From Nitrospinota bacterium (GTDB lineage: Bacteria; JADFOP01): DNA of 47,424 nucleotides. How positions within the stretch are numbered: the stretch's first letter is position 1; the number at the start of each line of letters is the position of its first letter. The notes under the pieces were generated by a model. It had not been told where the DNA came from. It saw nothing but the letters and a program-made list of their open reading frames with translations, and did no database searches. Positions 39,173 to 47,424 of this stretch are shown piece after piece. The position numbers were made by a program, and so were the translations under genes. The DNA lies in contig JADFOP010000014.1 of NCBI GenBank assembly GCA_022562795.1, forward strand, positions 1 to 47,424, in the 5' to 3' direction.

Positions 39173-40195
39173 TCACCGTTCGCCGGCCGGAGCTGTCTCG
39201 CCAGGCGCCTTCGGCTCGGCCTGGCGCACGATGCAGGCTGCCTGGTGGCCCGGGGAAATTTCTTTAAGCTCCGGGACGGTCTGCTCGCACTCCGGAATTT
39301 TCAGGGGGCAGCGCGGGTGGAAGACGCAGCCCGACGGGGGGTTGATGGGACTCGGAACGTCGCCGGGCAGAAGCACACGCGCCCGTTTGGCGGTCGGGTC
39401 GGGGATGAGCACGGCGCTGAGAAGCGCCTCGGTATAAGGGTGCTGGGGGTTGGCGTAGATGTCCTCGGCCGAGGCAATCTCCACAATGCGGCCCAGGTAC
39501 ATGACCGCCACCCTGTCGGCGATGTGCTCCACGACGCTTAAGTCATGAGAGATGAGCAGGTAGGCAAGGCCTAGCTCAGCCTGGAGGTCCTCTAGGAGAT
39601 TGATGACCTGGGCGCGGATGGAGACGTCGAGGGCGCTGACCGGCTCGTCGCAGATGATAAACTTCGGCTGAAGGGCGAGGGCCCTGGCGATCCCGATCCT
39701 CTGGCGCTGCCCTCCGGAGAACTCGTGGGGATAGCGGCGCATGTGATCCCTTGTCATGCCCACCTTCTGTAGCAGGGCCGCCACCCGATCCTCCTTTTCC
39801 TGGCCCTGTGCCAGCCCGTGAATCTCGAGGGGCTCACCGACAATCGCCCCCACCGTCATCCGGGGGTTGAGCGAGCTGTAGGGGTCCTGAAAAATTATCT
39901 GCATCTGACGCCTAAGGACCCGAAGCTCCTCCTTGCCGAGGTCGAAGACGCTGTGGCCGTCGAAGCGCACCGAACCGCTTGTGGGCTCGATGAGCCTCAA
40001 AATAAGCCGTCCGGTGGTCGTCTTGCCGCAGCCGCTCTCGCCCACCAGCCCCAGCGTCTCTCCTTCGCTCATGGTAAATGACACCCCGTCGACGGCGTGG
40101 ACCTTGGCCACCACCCGGCCCATGAATCCCCCTTTGAGGGGAAAGTGCTTGACGAGGTTCTCGACGACGAGGAGCTCGCGGTTGGTGGTATCCAT
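39173..40195 (-). CDS. Oligopeptide/dipeptide ABC transporter ATP-binding protein (OppF/DppF)
   Basis: [33 protein letters not shown]-terminal GCVFHPRCP. Confidence 0.92.
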   Translation of the reverse strand: MDTTNRELLVVENLVKHFPLKGGFMGRVVAKVHAVDGVSFTMSEGETLGLVGESGCGKTTTGRLILRLIEPTSGSVRFDGHSVFDLGKEELRVLRRQMQIIFQDPYSSLNPRMTVGAIVGEPLEIHGLAQGQEKEDRVAALLQKVGMTRDHMRRYPHEFSGGQRQRIGIARALALQPKFIICDEPVSALDVSIRAQVINLLEDLQAELGLAYLLISHDLSVVEHIADRVAVMYLGRIVEIASAEDIYANPQHPYTEALLSAVLIPDPTAKRARVLLPGDVPSPINPPSGCVFHPRCPLKIPECEQTVPELKEISPGHQAACIVRQAEPKAPGETAPAGER

Positions 40196-40203
40196 AGTGG
40201 AGC

Positions 40204-41208
<1,005 letters not shown>

Positions 41209-41376
41209 AAATTCACCTGCCGGCCGAATCAGGATCGTTGTTCTTTGCAATGGCCATAGTTAGAATAGCCTGGCCATCGTGAATTTCAACATCGGCGCAT
41301 GCAGTATAGACGGAGAGGCAAAGCAGCGTCAAGGCTATGGCTGGTGCGTGCCTATACGATTAAGGAACAATCTATC

Positions 41377-41422
41377 CTACAAGATGTTGTAAAATGCGTA
41401 CGTATGTATACAAGATGTAGTA
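41377..41422 (+). promoter_or_regulatory. Tandem NrdR-box-like operators
   Basis: ctaCAAGATGTTGta and ataCAAGATGTAGta, 31 bp apart, resembling acaCwAtATaTwGtg. Confidence 0.65.
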
Positions 41423-41429
41423 TTTTTCC

Positions 41430-41458
41430 TTGACAAGAGGCGAGAGAAAGGATACCTT
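41430..41458 (+). promoter_or_regulatory. Sigma70 promoter for the lipoprotein-rbsK operon
   Basis: TTGACA-17-TACCTT. Confidence 0.55.
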
Positions 41459-41521
41459 GCTTCAAGGAAGGGAGCGAGGTGTTCCGAGCGGCCTGGATCG
41501 GTTGCCTACGGAGGGGAGGCT

Positions 41522-42010
41522 ATGGTTGCCAAAAGGAGAGGACATTGGTCCAAAGTGCTCAATTACGCTCTGCTTGCTGGGATTATGCTTTCACTGATCG
41601 CGACCACCGGTTGCCAGCAGCTTTCGATACCTAGGGCCATCTCAGGCGCGCCCCCGGAGCAGCCCATCCCTGCCGGCCGCTTCCACGACGTCCCGGTCCC
41701 CTCCACATTCCGCCCCATTTCCGACCGCACATTCGTCTTCGAGAATCCGAGCCTCAAGGCGGGCATCCTGGTCTACAAGGGGAAGCTGTCGCTCACCGAC
41801 ACGGTCAATTTCTTTAAGGATCATATGCCCGCTAACGGATGGCGCATGGTCTCCAGCTTGGAGGTCAAGGACGTCATTATGAAGTTCGAGAAGGTGGGCT
41901 GGACCTGTGACGTCACCGTCCGGCGCGGCTTCGAGCGCGAGATCACCATCTATATAGGCCCCACCGGCAACGGATCCGAACAGGCCGTTCTCGTTCCACC
42001 TCCCAGCTAA
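41522..42010 (+). CDS. Putative lipoprotein
   Basis: Signal peptide ending in the lipobox-like TTGC. RFHDVPVP...FFKDHMPANGW pattern. Strong RBS. Confidence 0.75.
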   Translation: MVAKRRGHWSKVLNYALLAGIMLSLIATTGCQQLSIPRAISGAPPEQPIPAGRFHDVPVPSTFRPISDRTFVFENPSLKAGILVYKGKLSLTDTVNFFKDHMPANGWRMVSSLEVKDVIMKFEKVGWTCDVTVRRGFEREITIYIGPTGNGSEQAVLVPPPS

Positions 42011-42018
42011 ACAGGCCC

Positions 42019-42942
42019 ATGGGCCGAGTCGTCGTCGTCGGCAGCGCCAACGTCGACATGGTTATCCCTGTGCCCCGCCTGCCGGGGTCAGGTGAGACGG
42101 TCCTCGGCGGGCCCCTGGAGCAGTACTTCGGGGGCAAGGGCGCCAACCAGGCGGTTGCCGCCCGGCGGGCCGGGGCCACGGTGGCTCTTGTGGCCCGGTT
42201 CGGCCGAGACGACTTCGGCCGACGTTACAGAGCGTTCCTCGCGAGGACGGGCATCAATTTGTCAGCTTCCACCACAGCCGTCGGCGCCTCGACGGGGGTG
42301 GCCCTCATATCCGTCGATAAGGCCGGACGAAACCAGATCGCCGTCGCGGGCGGGGCCAATTCCACCTTGGAAGAGGACCACATAGAGCGGGCCGTAGGAC
42401 TCCTTCGCCGGGCTGACGTTTTGCTCTGTCAGCTGGAGGTTCCCATGCCAGCTGTTGGTGCGGCCCTGCGGGCGGCAAAGGCTTTCGGAGTCAGGACCAT
42501 TCTCAACCCAGCCCCCGCCCGCCCGCTACCCCGACGGCTCTTGAAGTACGCGGACCTACTGACCCCTAACGAGAGCGAGGCCGCCAGCCTAACCGGCCTA
42601 CCGACCCGAACCGTTGGCGAGGTGCGCCGGGCGGCCCAGGCTCTCCTGGCCCTCGGCTGCGGGGCTGTCTGCGTGACCCTGGGCGCGCGAGGCGCCCTCT
42701 TGGCGGAGGAGGAAGGGGTGGAGCAGCGCATTCAAGCGTTCAAGGTCAAAGCCGTTGACACGACCGGCTGCGGCGACGCCTTTAACGGGGCGCTGGCGGC
42801 AGCATGGGCTACGGGCCGCCCCTTGAGTGATGCCATTCGGTGGGGTGTGGCGGCGGGCGCGCTTGCGGCCACGGTCAAGGGCGCACAGCCATCCCTCCCA
42901 CTGGCTCGCGCCATAAAGCGCCTCCTTGCGGGCCTACGCTAA
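42019..42942 (+). CDS. rbsK: Ribokinase
   Basis: VVGSANVD, GGKGANQAVAA, QLE, LNPAP, PNESEA, VDTTGCGDAFNG. Confidence 0.9.
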   Translation: MGRVVVVGSANVDMVIPVPRLPGSGETVLGGPLEQYFGGKGANQAVAARRAGATVALVARFGRDDFGRRYRAFLARTGINLSASTTAVGASTGVALISVDKAGRNQIAVAGGANSTLEEDHIERAVGLLRRADVLLCQLEVPMPAVGAALRAAKAFGVRTILNPAPARPLPRRLLKYADLLTPNESEAASLTGLPTRTVGEVRRAAQALLALGCGAVCVTLGARGALLAEEEGVEQRIQAFKVKAVDTTGCGDAFNGALAAAWATGRPLSDAIRWGVAAGALAATVKGAQPSLPLARAIKRLLAGLR

Positions 42943-42974
42943 ATCATCCAAGAGAAGGAAACAGGGCGAGGGAA

Positions 42975-43826
42975 TTAGGGCTCGCTCCCAGCGAGACGGT
43001 CCGGGTACGTCTCGATGGTGGCATTTGTCGTGGCCTCTTCGAGGAAGGCTCGAACAGCTTCCTGCTGGCGCTCGGCCTGGAGGCGCTGATGAATCCGCTC
43101 CGAAACCTCGCTGAATTCCATCTGGATGGGTGGGATGTGGTCGGTGACCTTGATGATGTGGAACCCAAACGGGGTCTTGACGACTTCGCTGATGGAGCCC
43201 ACCGACAAATTGAATGCGACCTGGTCGAATTCGAGAGGCATCTCGCCCCGAGTGATGCTGCCAAGGGAGCCCCCCTGAGCTGCGCGGGGGCCGTTAGAGC
43301 GCTCCTTGGCCAGGTCCACAAAGTCCTTTCCTTCCCGGAGGGCCGCCTGGACGGCCTTAGCCTCCTCCTCGGTCTTGAGGACTATGTGGCTCGCGGTGAT
43401 TTTCTCCGGCGTCTTGAAACGGTCTTTGTTCTCTAGGTAATATCGCTCGGTGTCGGCCTCGGTTACGGGCTTGGCCCTCTCGACAACTTTGCCCAGGAAG
43501 GCCTGCGTGACCACCTCTTTCTTAAATTTTGCCATCAGAGAGACCACGTCGGGGTCGGTGTCGAGGCCGCCGCTCATCGCCTCTTGGAAAAAGAGCTCCT
43601 TATTGACCAGACTATCGAGAACCCTCTCGCGGTTTCTGAAGGCCAGGTGCTGCTGTTGGGGCGGCAAGCCGGCCACTAAATCGAGGAAGTCGCTCATAGT
43701 GATGTTCGTCCCATTAACCTTGGCCAGGACAATTTGAGATGGCTCCGAGGCGGGGGCTTCTTTTTGGGCGAAGGCCTGGCCGACCAACACGAGGACAAGG
43801 GCGCAAGCGAGTGCTATTGGGCGCAT
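42975..43826 (-). CDS. Parvulin-type peptidyl-prolyl isomerase (PrsA/SurA-like)
   Basis: Signal peptide, LAKVNG..IT, ASHIVL, F..LAKERS, GGSLG, EFDQVAF, VKTPFGFHIIK. Confidence 0.9.
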   Translation of the reverse strand: MRPIALACALVLVLVGQAFAQKEAPASEPSQIVLAKVNGTNITMSDFLDLVAGLPPQQQHLAFRNRERVLDSLVNKELFFQEAMSGGLDTDPDVVSLMAKFKKEVVTQAFLGKVVERAKPVTEADTERYYLENKDRFKTPEKITASHIVLKTEEEAKAVQAALREGKDFVDLAKERSNGPRAAQGGSLGSITRGEMPLEFDQVAFNLSVGSISEVVKTPFGFHIIKVTDHIPPIQMEFSEVSERIHQRLQAERQQEAVRAFLEEATTNATIETYPDRLAGSEP

Positions 43827-43980
43827 GAGGAGCTCCACTGGCGGTATATGAACGAAGCCCAAACCTACTCGACGACTTTGTTCTTGTCAAGGAAATCCCG
43901 GAAAGGACGTTTGTTTACACCCGTCGCCGGCGTGTGATAGGGTTTGAGACCTCTGGATTCGTGCGTTAGGAGACCGCCGC

Positions 43981-44634
43981 GTGATTTCCGCAGACGCTCT
44001 TTGCTTCGACCTCGACGGCACCCTCATTGACTCAGCCGACGACCTTGTGCAGGCCACGATTCACAGCCTCCACGGCCTCGGGATCGACCCGCCCCCTCCA
44101 GAGGTGATAATTGGCTACGTCGGAGGCGGAGCCCGTGCGCTCTTGCAAGGCTCTATGGGCGAGGCTGCCACACCGGAGAGGCTGGAGGCGGGGCTGGCCA
44201 CGTTTATTGACTACTATGGAGCACACTTGCTAGACCACACCCTACCTTACCCCGGCGTGGAGGAGGTGCTGAGACATTTCTTCGCCACGAAACCCATGGG
44301 AGTGGTCACCAACAAGCCGGAGGCCTTCAGCCGAAGCATCCTCGAGGGTCTGGGGCTCGCAGGCTACTTCCGGGAGATTCTCGGCTACGACAGCGTGGAG
44401 AGGAAGAAGCCCCACCCCGAGGGAATATTACAGGCGCTCCATGGCTGGGGCGTGGAGCCCACTCGGGCCGTTATGGTGGGCGACAGCGACCACGACATCC
44501 TGGCGGGCAAGGCCGCCGGGACGGTGACGGTGGCGGTCGCCTACGGCTTCAAGTCCTCGGAGGAGCTACTCTCCGCCGGGCCCGACTATCTCATCCATGA
44601 TATCCGGGAGCTTATTGAACTCGTCGCACCCTGA
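43981..44634 (+). CDS. gph: HAD hydrolase, phosphoglycolate phosphatase-like
   Basis: FDLDGTLIDS, VVTNKP, KKPHP, MVGDS..DI.AGKAAG. Confidence 0.85.
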   Translation: MISADALCFDLDGTLIDSADDLVQATIHSLHGLGIDPPPPEVIIGYVGGGARALLQGSMGEAATPERLEAGLATFIDYYGAHLLDHTLPYPGVEEVLRHFFATKPMGVVTNKPEAFSRSILEGLGLAGYFREILGYDSVERKKPHPEGILQALHGWGVEPTRAVMVGDSDHDILAGKAAGTVTVAVAYGFKSSEELLSAGPDYLIHDIRELIELVAP

Positions 44635-44799
44635 AGGTCTCACGCCAAAGCTCCGCCTTTCCCACCGAATACTTTAAGGAAAAATTTGCAAATTTGGACT
44701 ACACCGATCCGGCTGATATCCGACTATATAAATAGACGGTATTATAGATTAGCCAAAGAAGGAAAGGGATTTTTCTGCCTCTTGCTGGGAGAGCCCGAA

Positions 44800-45024
44800 A
44801 TGTCCAATTTCTACAGAGTCGCCTTCTTCTGCCACGGCTGCGGACTGGAAAACTATTTCACCTACCATTGTGGGAATGAAGACATCTTAGTGGCCGTGAG
44901 GCAAGCCGCCAACTTCGACTGCCCTTCGGGATGCGACCCCCACATCGAAGACTTCGAGCTGACCAGCCTCCAGGAGGTTGCATGGCAGGCGGCAGTCGAG
45001 GCAGTAGGCGCCGTCTTCCACTAA
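44800..45024 (+). CDS. Small Cys-rich hypothetical protein (possible Zn ribbon)
   Basis: GGGAGAG RBS. 74 aa with CHGC...CPSGC. Confidence 0.6.
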   Translation: MSNFYRVAFFCHGCGLENYFTYHCGNEDILVAVRQAANFDCPSGCDPHIEDFELTSLQEVAWQAAVEAVGAVFH

Positions 45025-45083
45025 CGCCACCAAGTAATTTTCCATCCTTAAGAGCGTCCGTAGCTGTTTCGAAACCTTTGGGC

Positions 45084-46151
45084 CTAGAGGCTCGCCAAAG
45101 CGGCCTCATCGAGGCGTGTGACCAGGGCCGTAAGGAGCCTAAGGGTCGCCTCGTAGTCGGCCAGGTCGAGGATTCCGTAGTGGCTGTGGATGTATCGGAC
45201 GGGCACCCCAAGGACGATGGAGGGAACCCCCGTGCCCGATATGTGGATGCTGCCGGCGTCGGTGCCGCCTGTGTCGCGCACCACGAGCTGGTGGGCAATC
45301 CCCTCCTCTCGCGCCACGGCGATGACCATATCCTTAAGCGGCCCATGGACCACCATGGTTGGGTCGAAGCAGCGGATTTGGACCCCGCCGCCGAGGGCCC
45401 CCTGGGGATCGTCCTTGGCAAGGCCGGGCACATCGTCGGCCGGCGGCCCCTCCAGCACGATAGCCAGGTCGGGCTCGATCGCACGGGCGGCGGTCCTCGC
45501 CCCACGCAGCCCAACCTCCTCCTGCACCGTCGCCGCGGCGGCCACGGTATTGGGATGATCGAGCCTATGTAGGGCCTCAACGAACTCCACCAGCAGAGCG
45601 CACCCCACCCGGTCGTCGAAGGCCTTCCCCAGGATGCGACCTCCCCCGGCCAGGTGAACGAAGCTCGGCGCTGCGAAGATGAAGTCCCCGACGGAAATTC
45701 CCAGGGCTTCGACCGCCTCTTTGTCCGGAGCGCCGATGTCGATGAGCATCTCATCCAGGGGGGTCATGACATCCCTGTCGCGCTCCGAGGGCTTGCGTGA
45801 ATGGGGCGGCGTGGCTCCGATGACGCCTTCGACGAGCCCCTCTAAGCCTTTGAGCACGACCCGATGGCCCAAGACGGTCTGCGGGGACCAGCCGCCCAAC
45901 GGCTGGAAGCGTAGAAAGCCCCCCTTCGTGATTGACTTCACCATGAAGGCGATCTCGTCCATGTGGGCGGCGATCATGATGACCGGACGGGCCGCCGTCC
46001 CCTCTTTGGTGAAAATGACGCTGCCGAGCTTATCGCCGCTCACCGACGCCTTGCCGGCGAGCCGCTTCTTGATGAGCTCGGCCACGGACCCCTCGTCACC
46101 TGGGGCCCCAAGGGCCTCGGAGAGCTCGCGGAGCAGCTGAATACGATCCAT
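45084..46151 (-). CDS. M42 family aminopeptidase
   Basis: AAHMDEI, KAFDDRVGC, TVQEEVGLRGA, GGTDAG, PVRYIHS. Confidence 0.93.
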   Translation of the reverse strand: MDRIQLLRELSEALGAPGDEGSVAELIKKRLAGKASVSGDKLGSVIFTKEGTAARPVIMIAAHMDEIAFMVKSITKGGFLRFQPLGGWSPQTVLGHRVVLKGLEGLVEGVIGATPPHSRKPSERDRDVMTPLDEMLIDIGAPDKEAVEALGISVGDFIFAAPSFVHLAGGGRILGKAFDDRVGCALLVEFVEALHRLDHPNTVAAAATVQEEVGLRGARTAARAIEPDLAIVLEGPPADDVPGLAKDDPQGALGGGVQIRCFDPTMVVHGPLKDMVIAVAREEGIAHQLVVRDTGGTDAGSIHISGTGVPSIVLGVPVRYIHSHYGILDLADYEATLRLLTALVTRLDEAALASL

Positions 46152-46315
46152 ATTCCGGTTGCCTCTAAAGGGGGTGGTAAAACCCTTTGGACTCTAGCAG
46201 ATTTACACTCCGCCCTCAAGACGGCGCGTTGTCCGAGCCCATCGCCTGTGGTAGATTGAGGTAGATTAAGGTAGGGTCGGGGGATGTCCCGAGGCCTCGC
46301 CTAACTGGTGAGACT

Positions 46316-46489
46316 GTGAGCAAGCGCAAGGCAAAACCCAGGCGGAAGAAAGGGCCCCCGGTGCGACTGGCGGTCCCACCCCCCGGTGGGGCTGTTGGGA
46401 CCAGACGGGGCCGCAAGGGATACGAGCGCTCCCGCGACCAGAAGGAAGTCAAGCGGCGGATCGATGAGTTGGAGGATGAGGAGGGCTAG
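46316..46489 (+). CDS. 57-aa basic small protein
   Basis: MSKRKAKPRRKKGPPVRLAVPPPGGAVGTRRGRKGYERSRDQKEVKRRIDELEDEEG. Its stop overlaps the GTG of the next gene. Confidence 0.55.
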   Translation: MSKRKAKPRRKKGPPVRLAVPPPGGAVGTRRGRKGYERSRDQKEVKRRIDELEDEEG

Positions 46490-47020
46490 TGATAGCGGAG
46501 GTTGTCGCTGGCATGTTTGGCCGCCTAAGCCAATGGGCTAGCTCGGCCATCAGCAAGATAGGGGTAGAGTTCGCCTCCCCGGGCTATTACTACGAGCTCT
46601 TCGGGAAGGAGGCCGCCGAGGAGTGGCTGCCGATCGTGGACTGGCTTTATGGCGTGATGGGGCTTTTATACCTAGCCGCGCTCATCTACGTGTTTTATCG
46701 CTTCCGCTATCTCAGGCAGCTGCGGGACGGATGGGCGGAGTCCCGCCGGCGTCGGTCGTGGGCCAAGGCTGCGAAGGCCGAGCGGCTTAAAAAGCTGAAA
46801 GCCGCCGAGGCGGAGGCCGCAGGGGTCAGCTACGAGGCCTTCCAGGCCCTTCGGAGGGCCAATCGCGCCTTCGACGATGGCCGGTACGCCGAGGCCCTGG
46901 TCGCCTACGAGGAGGCGGGCCGCGCCACCCCGCCGCTCTCGTCAGCGTGGGTGGGCCGAGGGGCAGCCCTGGGCCGGCTCGGCCGCCACGAGGAGGCCCG
47001 CGAGGCCTTCGGGCGTGCCG
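46489..47020 (+). CDS. Membrane-anchored TPR protein, truncated at a probable chimeric junction
   Basis: TM helix, then TPRs ([38 protein letters not shown]). The rest of the track ORF is antisense trpS. Confidence 0.65.
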
Positions 47021-47424
47021 GGCAAGGGGTCGGCGTCGGTGCGCGCCTTGCGGATCTTGAGCGCGATATCGTCGGGCCCGTCGGTCATGTTGATGCGCGA
47101 ATAGTCCGAGGCGTCCGACTTGGACATCTTCTTGGTGCCGTCGCGCAGGCTCATGACGCGCGTCGCCGCGCCCTGGATCAGGGGCTCGACGATGGGAAAG
47201 ATCTCGGTGCCGAAATCGTTGTTGAACTTCTGCGCGATGTCGCGCGTCAGCTCCAGATGCTGCTTCTGGTCGTCGCCCACGGGCACGTGGGTCGCCTTGT
47301 AGACGAGGATGTCGGCGGCCATTAGCACGGGGTATGCATAGAGCCCGAGCCCGGCCGCGTCGCGCCGCTTGCCCGCCTTCTCCTTGAACTGGGTCATGCG
47401 GTTGAGCCAGCCCAGCGGCGTGAG
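46995..47424 (-). CDS. trpS: Tryptophanyl-tRNA synthetase, internal fragment
   Basis: [35 protein letters not shown] and KMSKS. Similarity ends after [12 protein letters not shown]. 5' end is outside the window. Confidence 0.9.

Noticed and set aside
47021-47325. C-terminal part of the 278-aa + strand ORF
   Set aside because: It is the antisense read of trpS beyond the suspected chimeric junction.

Overview
GC-rich bacterial chromosomal window, mostly housekeeping and accessory genes: Nudix CoA pyrophosphatase, FabL-like SDR, ClpC, MarR-RND operon, hflX, TPR proteins, comM, ispH, DsbA/MauE, ferritin, polyprenyl synthase, amrA, Maf, acyl-CoA ligase, an AT-richer desaturase, sodA, bioB, sorbosone dehydrogenase, a nine-heme HAO-family cytochrome, glycogen debranching enzyme, oppD/F, rbsK, PPIase, gph and an M42 peptidase. 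No rRNA, tRNA, CRISPR array or transposase was seen. The most interesting signals are not in the ORF track. (1) Two UGA-recoded selenoprotein candidates carry similar SECIS-like hairpins: a DsbA with a UxxC site, and a 59-aa single-pass membrane protein with its own promoter and terminator whose SECIS closely resembles that of E. coli fdhF. (2) A complete sigma-54 promoter (three phased enhancer sites, IHF site, -24/-12) drives a ~200-nt structured region with no credible ORF, a candidate sRNA. (3) hflX appears to start at ATC. (4) Tandem NrdR-like boxes precede a lipoprotein-ribokinase operon. (5) Several proteins under 60 aa were missed by the track. The last ~430 bp (a trpS fragment colliding with a TPR gene) look like an assembly chimera. 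All family calls come from motif recognition by eye; no database search was run.
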